NCBI GenBank assembly: GCA_028712255.1
Contig: JAQTQJ010000003.1
Location: forward strand, 7,173 to 71,172
Direction: 5' to 3'
Source of the DNA: Candidatus Omnitrophota bacterium
GTDB taxonomy: Bacteria; Omnitrophota; Gorgyraeia; Gygaellales; Profunditerraquicolaceae
Length of the DNA stretch: 64,000 nt
Below, piece by piece: positions 27,971 to 37,896 of the stretch. The first letter of the stretch is position 1; every line of letters begins with the position of its first letter. Under the pieces are notes generated by a model that was given only the letters and a program-made list of their open reading frames with translations, was not told the origin of the DNA and did not search any database. Position numbers and translations under genes: made by a program.

Positions 27971-29147
27971 TGATAAAGGACCCTTTATGTAAAACTGTCC
28001 GTAACTTATCCCCCGGTTTTATCTGAGAAGTGTCTTTAACAATTAACCCTTCTGGTAAAAGCATGCTTAAACTATAACCACGGGATAATATGGATAGCGG
28101 GCTTAGAGTTTGGAGCCTTTGAATTAACGAACCATAGCGTTCAGAGGCTAATTCCAAAGAGTGGCGTATATTATAATTTAATCCGGTAAATAATTCATCC
28201 ACCTGTTGTTGCTTTTCAAACAGACGATCAGCCGGGCTTTTGAGCATGTGAGTTAAACCCGTAAGCCTGTTTTTTAGCTGTCCGATTTGATCGCTGGCGG
28301 AAAAATTCAATTCATGTAAAGAACCAGCTAGCTGTGCTAATAAAGAATTTTTCTTATCAACAATAATCTTTGCTGCAGCCGAGGGGGTTTCTACAAATTC
28401 ATCAGCAACTAAATCTGATAAAGTAGTGTTGATCTGGTGGCCTACAGCTGAAATTACCGGAAGCCTGGAACTATAAATCGCACGTGCTACCACCTCTTCA
28501 TTAAATGACCAAAGATCTTCGGTGCTACCGCCGCCACGACTGACAATAATCAAATCTAATTTACCAAAATCATTCAAGTCTTTTATCGCCTGGGCAATCT
28601 CTACGGCTGCCTGTTCACCCTGTACTCTTACATCGCATAAAACCACATCTACACAAGAGGCTCCTTTTTTAAGAATTTGCAGGATATCGCGCACTGCGGC
28701 GCCGCCAAGTGAGGTAACTATCCCCACAGAAAAAGGCATCTGCGGCAGAGGCTTTTTATGGCTTATTTCAAAAAGTCCCTCTAACTCTAATTTTTTCTTT
28801 AGTTGTTCAAAAGCCAGCTGTTGAGCCCCTACCCCTTTAGGCTCAATCCGTTCTACAATAATCTGATATTGGCCACGCGGGCCATATACATCAACTTTCC
28901 CAAAACAAATAACTTTCAGGCCATCTTCAAGCTTAAACTTCAACCCCTTATTTGCATTGGCAAACATCGCTGCCATGATAAGGGAATTTTGATCTTTGAG
29001 CGAAAAATAAAAATGCCCGCTGGTGGCGGCTTTAAAATTAGAGACTTCTCCTTCAAGCCAGATTTCACCAATACTATTTTCAAACAAGCCTTTAATTACC
29101 TGAGTAATTTCAGAAACAGTATAAATATGTTTACTTATTTTCTGCAT
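27924..29147 (-). CDS. xseA: Exodeoxyribonuclease VII large subunit
   Basis: N-terminal OB-fold (VWLEGEVSNF) and a catalytic core. 407 aa. Confidence 0.85.
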   Translation of the reverse strand: MQKISKHIYTVSEITQVIKGLFENSIGEIWLEGEVSNFKAATSGHFYFSLKDQNSLIMAAMFANANKGLKFKLEDGLKVICFGKVDVYGPRGQYQIIVERIEPKGVGAQQLAFEQLKKKLELEGLFEISHKKPLPQMPFSVGIVTSLGGAAVRDILQILKKGASCVDVVLCDVRVQGEQAAVEIAQAIKDLNDFGKLDLIIVSRGGGSTEDLWSFNEEVVARAIYSSRLPVISAVGHQINTTLSDLVADEFVETPSAAAKIIVDKKNSLLAQLAGSLHELNFSASDQIGQLKNRLTGLTHMLKSPADRLFEKQQQVDELFTGLNYNIRHSLELASERYGSLIQRLQTLSPLSILSRGYSLSMLLPEGLIVKDTSQIKPGDKLRTVLHKGSFISVIQEVFSDERKTNI

Positions 29148-30993
29148 TTCTCGTCTCCACAGTTTCAGCCTTATCCGCTGGTTTTACCTCAGGAGGATTC
29201 CCGGCTGGCTTTACTTCAGCGGGTTTTGTTTCCAAGGCTTTTTCCTCTGGTTTTATCTCGGAGGCCGCAGTCGTGGTTTGACCTGCATTATCCAAAACTA
29301 CAGGAGGCGCCGCGGGCTTTTTCTTAAAAACTAGCAGCTGTACTGAATATGGGCTTAATTCCACTGTCTCAATATAGCCTTGGCTAAAATCCACAACCTT
29401 TTCATCTTTTGGTTTAAATTCACAATCACGGCTGCATTTATTATCTACGATATATCTGCTAAAAATATAGGTATCTTTTAGGCCTTTAATGGAAATTTTT
29501 ATTTTACGATTTAACGAAGAAAATTTATTTACCAGGTTATTTAATTCTATGGCGCGGCCAAACATCTCTTTGACCTTGGCGCTAAGCCTCAAAGTAGCAA
29601 TATCTAGCTGTTTGGAAAGTATCTTTTGCATCCTGTCAGATTTAACTATGCCTAAAACCGCTTTTCTATCGGCGCTATTCAAATAAACTACCTTGCGCGA
29701 TAAATAATTCATCGCGGCTTGCGGATCTATATAGCTATAAATAAGAAATGCCAAATAATCAGGCGACTTAGTAGGGATCACTCCCACAAATTCGTCACTA
29801 AATTTGGAAACGAATAACTCTTTACCCAACAAATTGAGCATACGGAAAACATTATAGCTGGCTTTAGCGTGGCTCTTTGATTCCGGATGTTCCGTATCAA
29901 ATGAAAAAACTCCTACATTCCTGGTTGCCCCCAGGTTATTACCGCCGAAATCCTCCAGGGAAAAATAAACCTGATAATCTATCTGGGCCTCGTACATATT
30001 TTTAAGCCGCGATGGTATATAGCTGGCGCAAATATAAGAGTCTTTATCTCTTCTAGGTGACATATTAGCAATACCATCAAAATTCCATTCATCGACAACC
30101 AGTGGGATATTATTGTCAAAATGAAAATAACTTAGCCACTCTCTGATAAGTTTAATAAAAGATTTATTATAAATAGTATCCTGTTTTTCTTCTTGGGGAT
30201 CGCTCGAATAAGCATGCCATGAAATAAAATCCAGGGGTAGGCGATAACTATAGCAATATTTTATTAACTCATAGATCAAACTGCCCTCGGGTGAAAGTAT
30301 ATTGTTAGGTTGAATATTCCTAAACCAGGCACTTACCGAAGGCCCGCCTAGCGGTATATTCATTTTAGTTTCCTGGCGTAACTCTTTTACGGCCTCTGCT
30401 ATTACACGGTAAAGATTCAAGTATTCTGATCTTTCCCCTAAAAAGAAATCCTCCAGATCGGGCGCACTCCAAACTTCATACCAAATATTATATTTCTTCT
30501 GACAGCTTAATTTACGGATGGTATTCTTTACCAACTCTTTATATGCCTTTAAATTGTGAGGCGCACTGTTTCTATCAAGCACTCTGCCTAAACCATTTGG
30601 AGTGCCAAACAAATTAAGGATTACTGTTCCACCGCTATCGCTTATTTTTTTGATAATCTCTTCATAATTACCCAGAAGTTTAGCTTGAGCAGTTTGGTCG
30701 CCGGCCAGCTGCTGAATCTCCCAAAGATTATATTGAAGGCGATAAAAATTATTGAAACCTAAATCCACCTGCCAGAGATCCCGGGCATCTTTAGCAGCTA
30801 TTGTTTGAGGTAAAGCTATATCGCGATGGGCACCTCTACCGCTTAAATCAATATTTGATTTATATATATTAGGAAGGCTGACTGTAGGGGAATTAGAATC
30901 TAAATTAAATTCCAGCTCATCGGGCACCTGGGCAAAACCGGTACCGCTTAAGAAAAATAACGAAACAATTAAAAGTAACAGAACCCGATTCAT
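29131..30993 (-). CDS. Secreted TIM-barrel glycoside-hydrolase-like protein with a Pro/Lys/Glu-rich C-terminal tail
   Basis: Signal peptide, then WYEVWSAPD and VVDEWNFDG segments resembling GH5/GH39 catalytic strands. The C-terminal repeats read PAEVKPAGNPPEVKPADK. Confidence 0.3.
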   Translation of the reverse strand: MNRVLLLLIVSLFFLSGTGFAQVPDELEFNLDSNSPTVSLPNIYKSNIDLSGRGAHRDIALPQTIAAKDARDLWQVDLGFNNFYRLQYNLWEIQQLAGDQTAQAKLLGNYEEIIKKISDSGGTVILNLFGTPNGLGRVLDRNSAPHNLKAYKELVKNTIRKLSCQKKYNIWYEVWSAPDLEDFFLGERSEYLNLYRVIAEAVKELRQETKMNIPLGGPSVSAWFRNIQPNNILSPEGSLIYELIKYCYSYRLPLDFISWHAYSSDPQEEKQDTIYNKSFIKLIREWLSYFHFDNNIPLVVDEWNFDGIANMSPRRDKDSYICASYIPSRLKNMYEAQIDYQVYFSLEDFGGNNLGATRNVGVFSFDTEHPESKSHAKASYNVFRMLNLLGKELFVSKFSDEFVGVIPTKSPDYLAFLIYSYIDPQAAMNYLSRKVVYLNSADRKAVLGIVKSDRMQKILSKQLDIATLRLSAKVKEMFGRAIELNNLVNKFSSLNRKIKISIKGLKDTYIFSRYIVDNKCSRDCEFKPKDEKVVDFSQGYIETVELSPYSVQLLVFKKKPAAPPVVLDNAGQTTTAASEIKPEEKALETKPAEVKPAGNPPEVKPADKAETVETRNAENK

Positions 30994-31773
30994 CTAAAGT
31001 TTTTTCTGAACCCTTAAGATCGAAATTGCCTTACCCGTATTGTCATTTATTTCAATAAGAGCCCCATGCAATTGGATATTTTCCTGGGCAACCTCAAATT
31101 TAACCGGAATAGAACTTAAAAAACGTGTAAGCACATCTTCTACTCTTCTACCGATTACCGAATCATACGGACCAGTCATACCTGCATCAGTCAAATAAGC
31201 GGTACCTTTAGGCAAAATTTTATCATCGGCAGTTTGAATATGCGTATGCGTACCCAAAATAGCAGAAACTTTACCATCCAGATACCAACCTAAAGCAACC
31301 TTTTCAGAAGTAGCCTCGGCGTGAATATCTACAATAATAATTTTGGTTTCTACTGACAGCTCCTGGCAGGCCTTAAGCGTGGTTTTAAAAGGACACTCCA
31401 GGGCCTCCATAAAAACTCGTCCATTTACATTAATCACTCCTACCTTTTGACCATTTTTGGCAATAAATACTGCTGCGCCGCTGCCAGGTGCTCCGCTGGG
31501 GAAATTCAACGGGCGCAGTATTCTTTTCTCCCGATTAATCAACTCAAAAATCTCAGGCCTCTTCCAAATATGGTCACCGGAGGTAAGCACATCCACTCCG
31601 GAAGTAAAAAGCTCATCGGCAACCTTAGCCGTAATTCCTGAGCCACCAGAAGCATTCTCCGCATTGGCAATCACAAAATCTATTTTTAATTCCTGCCTTA
31701 AAGGCACGACTAGTTTCTTAATCGCCTCTCTGCCTGGTGAACCAACGATGTCTCCGATAAATAGAATATTCAT
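30994..31773 (-). CDS. ymdB: YmdB-like metallophosphoesterase (TIGR00282 family)
   Basis: MNILFIGDIVGSPGR...ANAENASGGSGIT...GDH. Start chosen at the internal ATG 31773 rather than the ORF-track start 31833. Confidence 0.8.
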   Translation of the reverse strand: MNILFIGDIVGSPGREAIKKLVVPLRQELKIDFVIANAENASGGSGITAKVADELFTSGVDVLTSGDHIWKRPEIFELINREKRILRPLNFPSGAPGSGAAVFIAKNGQKVGVINVNGRVFMEALECPFKTTLKACQELSVETKIIIVDIHAEATSEKVALGWYLDGKVSAILGTHTHIQTADDKILPKGTAYLTDAGMTGPYDSVIGRRVEDVLTRFLSSIPVKFEVAQENIQLHGALIEINDNTGKAISILRVQKKL

Positions 31774-31832
31774 TTCTTGCGCATCTCCCAAACAATACTT
31801 AACTTGTCGTGGGACAGTCCCTACTGGCAACA

Positions 31833-33389
31833 CTATTTAGCATACTCGATCGTGCGTGTCTCGCGGATTACTGTAACTTTGATCTGACCAGGATATTCCA
31901 TCCCCTCTTCGATCTTTTTACGTATATCCCTGCATAAAGTAATTGCTTCGCTATCGCTTATCTTCTCCGGCTGTACAATTACGCGGATCTCCCGGCCAGC
32001 CTGAATAGCAAAAGATTTTTCTACTCCTTTAAATAAATTAGCAATTGATTCTAATTTATCCAGGCGTTTGACATATATCTCCAGGGTTTCCCTTCTGGCT
32101 CCGGGACGCGCGGCGCTTACCGCATCAGCGGCGACGGTTAAAACTCCATACATACTCTGCGGCTGCGCCTCTTCATGATGCGATTCGATTGCTGAAACAA
32201 CTTCGGCGCTCTCGTTATATTTTTTGGCTAAATCAGCTCCTAACTTAGCATGCGTTCCTTCAACCTGATGATCCACTGCTTTACCGATATCATGTAAAAG
32301 CCCGATCCTGCGGCCCAGTTTAAAATCAAGCCCCAGCTCCGATGCCATTATTCCTAATAAAAAGGAAACTTCCTTTGAATGCTGTAGGGCATTTTGGCCG
32401 TAACTGGTGCGATATTTGAGCCTTCCTAAAAGTTTAATTATTTCCGGATGCAGGCCATTAATCCCTGACTCAAAAGCCGCCCGCTCTCCTTCTTCGCGGA
32501 TCTTTTCGTCCATCTCCTTCTTGGTCTTCTCAACGATTTCTTCAATACGCCCCGGATGAATTCTTCCGTCGGAGATAAGCTTTTCTAGGCTCAAGCGGGC
32601 AATCTCGCGGCGCACAGCGTCAAATCCGGATAATGTCACAGCCCCCGGAGTATCATCGATAATTACATCTACTCCAGTTGCCATCTCTAATGCGCGGATA
32701 TTCCTGCCTTCCCTACCGATAATCCGGCCCTTCATTTCATCATTAGGTAAATTTACCACGCTTACGGTCGACTCCACTGTATGTTCTGCTGCACAACGCT
32801 GGATAGCCAAGCTTAGAATCTCGCGGGCTTTCTTATCGGCAACACTACGTACATCTTCTTCCTGACGCTTGATAAATATTGCCTTTTCATTATTTAATTC
32901 ATCATTGAGGCGGCTAAGTAAAATTTGTTTTGCTTCTTCTGCAGACAAAGAAGAAATTTTCTGCAATCTTTCTTTTTCTTCAGCCACCAGAGCAAGCAAC
33001 TGATTATCTTTTACTTTTAAGGACTCCTCTTGTCGTTTAAGGTTTTCGCTACGCCCATCAATTTCTTTTTCCTTTTTCTCCAAGAGATCAAGCCTACGGT
33101 CGATATTCTCCTCTTTTTGCGTCAATCTCTTTTCAAGATTTATCGTTTCAGCCTTACGGTCTTTGGTCTCCCGCTCAAAATCCTGACGCATACGATACAA
33201 GAGATCCTTGGCTTCCAATTCCGCCTCCCGGCGTTTATCCAAAACCTCTTTCTTGGCTACTTCTAAGATATGCTCAGCTTCTATTTCTGCACTTTTTAGT
33301 TTTTTCTCTGCGACATGTTTTCTTAGAAAATAACCCGAGTATGCTCCGGCCAGAGCAATAAATATAAGCACTGCTATATTAAGAATCAT
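31833..33389 (-). CDS. rny: Ribonuclease Y
   Basis: N-terminal TM helix, a coiled-coil region, a KH domain and an HD domain (LLHDIGKA). 518 aa. Adjacent to ymdB, as is typical. Confidence 0.9.
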   Translation of the reverse strand: MILNIAVLIFIALAGAYSGYFLRKHVAEKKLKSAEIEAEHILEVAKKEVLDKRREAELEAKDLLYRMRQDFERETKDRKAETINLEKRLTQKEENIDRRLDLLEKKEKEIDGRSENLKRQEESLKVKDNQLLALVAEEKERLQKISSLSAEEAKQILLSRLNDELNNEKAIFIKRQEEDVRSVADKKAREILSLAIQRCAAEHTVESTVSVVNLPNDEMKGRIIGREGRNIRALEMATGVDVIIDDTPGAVTLSGFDAVRREIARLSLEKLISDGRIHPGRIEEIVEKTKKEMDEKIREEGERAAFESGINGLHPEIIKLLGRLKYRTSYGQNALQHSKEVSFLLGIMASELGLDFKLGRRIGLLHDIGKAVDHQVEGTHAKLGADLAKKYNESAEVVSAIESHHEEAQPQSMYGVLTVAADAVSAARPGARRETLEIYVKRLDKLESIANLFKGVEKSFAIQAGREIRVIVQPEKISDSEAITLCRDIRKKIEEGMEYPGQIKVTVIRETRTIEYAK

Positions 33390-33435
33390 TTCTATCCCCC
33401 TTTTTAACCTTGCTTATCAGGATTTTTTAGGAGTT

Positions 33436-33981
33436 TTAGGAGAAGATGATTTTTTTGACGCTTACATCAAAACTTGTGGTGGGGATTAAGGGTAGTATCT
33501 GGAAATCAAAAGCCAAACCTATAGAAGGCGTATCATCAGAAAGTTTACTTAAGAAACGGTCATAGCAACCCTTGCCGCGTCCCAAACGATTGCCTTTTTT
33601 ATCAAAGGCTAATCCCGGGACAACAATAAGATCTAAATCTTCTGGCTTCACAAAAGTTTCTGTAGCCGGCTCTAAAACACCATAGGGCCCTTTTTTTAAT
33701 TTAGCATGATCAACAAACATGGCTGGTTGCATAATTTCTTTATCTTTTCTGAAAATTGGCACACATATAAGCTTGCCTAACTTTATAGCTTCCCTAATCA
33801 TTTCCTTAGTATCTACTTCTCCACCAAAAGCGATGTAAAACATCACTACCTTCGCCTTTTTAAAAACCTTATTCCTTAAAAGTTTATCTTTAATGAGTAT
33901 ACTTTTTCGGTTTCGGTCTTCCTCCTTCTGTATTTTTAATCTCTTAAGAATTTTACTACGTATTTGAGCCTTTGTCAACAT
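33436..33981 (-). CDS. 5-formyltetrahydrofolate cyclo-ligase
   Basis: 181 aa with the C-terminal GLAFDKKGNRLGRGKGCYDRFL motif. Confidence 0.75.
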   Translation of the reverse strand: MLTKAQIRSKILKRLKIQKEEDRNRKSILIKDKLLRNKVFKKAKVVMFYIAFGGEVDTKEMIREAIKLGKLICVPIFRKDKEIMQPAMFVDHAKLKKGPYGVLEPATETFVKPEDLDLIVVPGLAFDKKGNRLGRGKGCYDRFLSKLSDDTPSIGLAFDFQILPLIPTTSFDVSVKKIIFS

Positions 33982-34013
33982 GACTAAATAGGATGGTAAA
34001 TGTTTAAAACAAG

Positions 34014-34062
34014 GGGACGGTTCTCTTTTTTAAGAGAACCGTCCCCTTGTTTTTACAAACAA
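34014..34062. terminator. Long perfect hairpin (16-bp stem) after iscU
   Basis: aaaacaaggggacggttctc-tttttta-agagaaccgtccccttgtttt. It overlaps the iscU stop. Confidence 0.6.
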
Positions 34063-34490
34063 GTTTCCCCTTCATGGGAATGTTGCTTATCCTCAAAAGG
34101 GGCAGGTTTTCCTTGCTTTTTATAATAATCTTTTAGTGCCGAACGTAATGCTTCTTCTGCTAAAACCGAGCAGTGCATCTTAACAGGTGGCAGGCCGCCT
34201 AAGGCTTCAGCTACCGCTTTATTAGTAATAGTTAATGCCTCACTTATGCTTTTTCCCTTAACCATCTCGGTAACCATAGAACTTGTAGCTACTGCTGCTC
34301 CGCATCCAAAAGTCTTAAATTTTACATCTACAATGATTTCACTTTCTATTTTTAAATACATCTTCATTACATCCCCGCAGACGGGATTGCCGACGGTACC
34401 GACACCGCTGGCATCCGGAATCTCTCCGACATTTCGGGGATTGGTAAAATGATCCATTACTTTTTCACTATAAGGGAGTGGGTCTGCCAT
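34053..34490 (-). CDS. iscU: Fe-S cluster assembly scaffold IscU/NifU-like
   Basis: NPVCGD...GCGAA...HCSVLAEEA conserved cysteines. 145 aa. Confidence 0.8.
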   Translation of the reverse strand: MADPLPYSEKVMDHFTNPRNVGEIPDASGVGTVGNPVCGDVMKMYLKIESEIIVDVKFKTFGCGAAVATSSMVTEMVKGKSISEALTITNKAVAEALGGLPPVKMHCSVLAEEALRSALKDYYKKQGKPAPFEDKQHSHEGETCL

Positions 34491-34491
34491 A

Positions 34492-35142
34492 TTATTTCAT
34501 AATTAATTTATGTGGTTTATCTGATTTCTGAAAATCCCTTGGTTTGTGAATTTCTTTTAATGCTTTTAATTTTTTATTTTTATACATTTCATTGTAGATT
34601 AACACCCAAGCGCAGTCTTTTTGATTATCTACTTCACATTTACCTTTATTCACCCCACCGCATGGGCCGTTGAGCAGTCCTTTTGGACAAAGCGTAATCG
34701 GGCAAATTCCTGCAGTTTTACCTAAAACACATTCGGCGCACATCGAGCATTTTTCAAAAAAGTCACCCTTGGCATCCATTACTGCGCCGAATATAGTATC
34801 GCAGGCAGGAAAAACTACCAGATTCAGGCGGTCATTATCCTTAAACGACTGTACACCCAAACCACAGGCTAGAACCAAAACCGCATCTGTTAGGCGCAAA
34901 GCTTTTAAATTCTTGGATAGCTCACCTTTTAGTTTAGCTGCTACGCAAGGTGCAGAAGGAATGCAGTGGCCGGTAATAATTTTACCGGCGCTCACCAAAT
35001 CCTTCTTCATTTTAAGAACTTCGACTTCCCCGCCGCTTTTACAGGTAGTTGCACACTCTCCACAACCTACTATAAATATTTTTTTATAATCTTTGAGGCT
35101 AAATAACAGCTCATCTAGAGGCTTAAGCTGACTGATAATCAT
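34492..35142 (-). CDS. Cys-rich Fe-S protein with an MTHFR C-terminal-like domain (MetV-like)
   Basis: Motifs CGEC, CPKGLLNGPCGG and CxxC, as in the methylenetetrahydrofolate reductase C-terminal (MTHFR_C) family. Confidence 0.45.
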   Translation of the reverse strand: MIISQLKPLDELLFSLKDYKKIFIVGCGECATTCKSGGEVEVLKMKKDLVSAGKIITGHCIPSAPCVAAKLKGELSKNLKALRLTDAVLVLACGLGVQSFKDNDRLNLVVFPACDTIFGAVMDAKGDFFEKCSMCAECVLGKTAGICPITLCPKGLLNGPCGGVNKGKCEVDNQKDCAWVLIYNEMYKNKKLKALKEIHKPRDFQKSDKPHKLIMK

Positions 35143-35186
35143 AATAAAATTCTAACACACATTCTTCCCTATCTCAAGGTAAATCC

Positions 35187-35230
35187 AGAAACCGTTTCTA
35201 TTTTTTGTTTAAAAAATAGAAACGGTTTCT
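35187..35230. repeat. Palindromic extragenic repeat, copy 1
   Basis: agaaaccgtttctattttttgtttaaaaaatagaaacggtttct, then a T-run. Shares its core with the copies at 37270 and 39848. Confidence 0.7.
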
Positions 35231-35235
35231 TGTTT

Positions 35236-37260
35236 TTAGTCGCTAAAATAATCCTCTATATGTTCAAAAAAGGCCTTATTTCCGCTTCTTTTTTCTCCAA
35301 TAATATCTTCGATGTCTATATCATCCAGCTCATTTGAGCCACCTGAGCTCTGCACATCTACGAATTTATTAAGCAGATTGCCCTGTTCAAGGAACCGGGA
35401 AACCTGAGTAAAAACCGATCCACCATTGTCCATAAAACTCCTAGGAGATCGGTCAATATGCGGTTTTAATAAAAACAAGTTTACTTTGGCGCGCGTTGAG
35501 GCAACATAAAACAGGCGCCTTTCCTCTTCAATCTCATCCTCTGTTTCTAACGACAGGTACGACGGGAGGTGCCCTTCTGCAACATAGATTAAAAATACCG
35601 TGTGCCATTCCAGGCCTTTTGCCGAATGTATAGTTGATAAGGTAAGCGGGGAGTCAGTGTTATCTTTTTTACCAGCTTCTATCAAAGCTCTCTCCGGTGG
35701 CTCTAAAGCCATGTCCACCAAAAATTGTTCCACTGTTTTATAACGTTGAGCTATTCTTAAGAGTGAATCCAAGTCATTCAAGCGTTTATTAAAATCATCG
35801 TATTTGATTTTTAATAGCGGCTGGTAATACGCAAGAAACTTTTCAATAATTTTATCCGGCGTGTCAATTTGACAATTCAGATCTTTTAATATTTCAAATA
35901 ATTTCTTAAGCTCGCTATTTCTTTCCACTAACTCCTTAAAATCACCCTTATCTACAATCATTTGAATAATTTTTGCAGCGGTGACTGGGCCGATTTTAGG
36001 AATCAGTAAAAGAGCGCGTAACCAGCTAACCTGATCGTAGCTATTATAGGCAATGCGTAAATAGCTCATCAAGTCTTTAATGTGGGAAGCCTCCACAAAT
36101 TTCTGTCCTCCGTATTTTACAAAAGGAATATTACGGGAGGCCAGCTCGATTTCCAGGTCATTGGAATGCCAGCCTGAACGGAAAAGTACGGAAATATCTT
36201 TTAAAGCAACCCCCTCCTCTTTCAGCTCCAAAATCTTATCTGCCACAAAAACCGATTGAGAATTCTCGTCGGGACAATCAACAAAAACAGGAATATTCCC
36301 GTCTTTTTTCTTAGTATAAAGGTTTTTCTCAAATTTTTCTTTAGCTTGGGCAATAACCGCATTGGTTAAAGTTAAAATCGGCTGCGTTGAACGGTAATTC
36401 TCCTCAAGGGTAATAATTTTGGTGCCTTTAAAAATTTTAGGGAAATCAATGATATTTTTAAAATTTGCTCCGCGGAAAGAATAAATACTCTGGGCATCAT
36501 CGCCAACCACCATAATATTGGTATGGTCTGCTGCCAAAAGGCAAGCAATATGCGCCTGAAGCTTATTGGTATCCTGATACTCATCAACCATGATATATTT
36601 ATATTTGGAAGATATGCTCACACGCGCACCTTCATGATTGCTTAACAGATTTTTTAAGAAAACTAATAAATCATCATAATCCAGGAGTGATTTTTGGCGC
36701 TTATATTTAGTATATTCGTTACGAATCTTTTTTATCTCTTCGGTAAATTCCATAAACTGCGGGTATTCATCGTAAAGCACATCGCTGATATCTACGGATT
36801 TATTTACACTTTTAGAAATTGCTTCTAAAATGGCATGTTTTCGCGGAAAGCGCTTTTCGGATTTATGAAAACCCAGCTGTGTACGTACCAAATTTACCGC
36901 ATCCTCTGCATCCGCCTGATCGAGAATCGTAAAATTATTGCTTAGCTCTAGAAGCTTGGCATATTTCCTTAAAATCATATTGGCGAATGAATGAAATGTC
37001 CCGCCGGAAACATTTTTACAGCGCTCATCTAAAAGAATGCTTGCCCGCCGTAGCATCTCTTCAGCTGCCCTGCGCGTAAAAGTAAGCAATAAAATCTGCT
37101 CCGGGCTTACTCCTTGTTCAACCAAATAAGCTACCCGGTGCACTAAAACGCGAGTCTTACCGCTCCCTGCTCCTGCAATAACCAAGTGCGGGCCACAAAT
37201 GGATTCCACTGCGGCAAGTTGGGCGGGATTTAATTCTTTATGATAATCAATTTTTTTCAT
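35236..37260 (-). CDS. UvrD/PcrA-family DNA helicase
   Basis: Walker A (GAGSGKTRVL) and helicase motifs throughout. 674 aa. Confidence 0.85.
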   Translation of the reverse strand: MKKIDYHKELNPAQLAAVESICGPHLVIAGAGSGKTRVLVHRVAYLVEQGVSPEQILLLTFTRRAAEEMLRRASILLDERCKNVSGGTFHSFANMILRKYAKLLELSNNFTILDQADAEDAVNLVRTQLGFHKSEKRFPRKHAILEAISKSVNKSVDISDVLYDEYPQFMEFTEEIKKIRNEYTKYKRQKSLLDYDDLLVFLKNLLSNHEGARVSISSKYKYIMVDEYQDTNKLQAHIACLLAADHTNIMVVGDDAQSIYSFRGANFKNIIDFPKIFKGTKIITLEENYRSTQPILTLTNAVIAQAKEKFEKNLYTKKKDGNIPVFVDCPDENSQSVFVADKILELKEEGVALKDISVLFRSGWHSNDLEIELASRNIPFVKYGGQKFVEASHIKDLMSYLRIAYNSYDQVSWLRALLLIPKIGPVTAAKIIQMIVDKGDFKELVERNSELKKLFEILKDLNCQIDTPDKIIEKFLAYYQPLLKIKYDDFNKRLNDLDSLLRIAQRYKTVEQFLVDMALEPPERALIEAGKKDNTDSPLTLSTIHSAKGLEWHTVFLIYVAEGHLPSYLSLETEDEIEEERRLFYVASTRAKVNLFLLKPHIDRSPRSFMDNGGSVFTQVSRFLEQGNLLNKFVDVQSSGGSNELDDIDIEDIIGEKRSGNKAFFEHIEDYFSD

Positions 37261-37269
37261 TTAAATCTA

Positions 37270-37315
37270 GGGACCGTTTCTATTTTTTGTTTAAACAAAA
37301 AATAGAAACGGTCCC
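37270..37315. repeat. Palindromic extragenic repeat, copy 2
   Basis: gggaccgtttctattttttgtttaaacaaaaaatagaaacggtccc. This is a perfect 46-bp palindrome. Confidence 0.7.
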
Positions 37316-37353
37316 TTGTTTTCGGTTGGGAATCTATAAGTAGTTTTTTAGCT

Positions 37354-37896
37354 TTATTTTATATATGCCCGGATGATTTTTTGCTCTGCGATAGGCCGGT
37401 CTTCTGCGCCAACCGGAGTATTTTCAATTTTCTGCACTACATCTAAGCCCGAAACCACCTCTCCGAATATGGTATGGCGCATATTTAACCAGGGAGTTTG
37501 AGCGCAGGTAATAAAAAACTGGCTTCCGTTAGTATTGGGCCCGGAATTGGCCATTGCCAAAATTCCCGCTACATCGAATTTCGCTACTGGAGTCACTTCA
37601 TCTTCGAAGGGTTTACCCCAGACTGATTCTCCTCCCATCCCGGTTCCGGTAGGGTCTCCACCCTGAATCATAAAACCTTTAATCACCCGGTGAAAAATTA
37701 GCCCGTTATAATAACCTTTTTCTACCAATTTCACAAAATTTTCACAAGCCTTGGGAGCGATATCGGTTTTAAGTTTAAGTTCGATATTTCCCTGATTAGT
37801 CTCTAGCACTACAATTGTTTCTGCCATAGCAAAACTCCCTCCAAAGCAAAATGTTAAACATAAGGTTAATATTAATACTGATATTTTGTTTTTCAT
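37354..37896 (-). CDS. Peptidyl-prolyl cis-trans isomerase, cyclophilin type (secreted)
   Basis: Signal peptide and the FHRVIKGFMIQGGDP cyclophilin signature. Confidence 0.85.
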   Translation of the reverse strand: MKNKISVLILTLCLTFCFGGSFAMAETIVVLETNQGNIELKLKTDIAPKACENFVKLVEKGYYNGLIFHRVIKGFMIQGGDPTGTGMGGESVWGKPFEDEVTPVAKFDVAGILAMANSGPNTNGSQFFITCAQTPWLNMRHTIFGEVVSGLDVVQKIENTPVGAEDRPIAEQKIIRAYIK

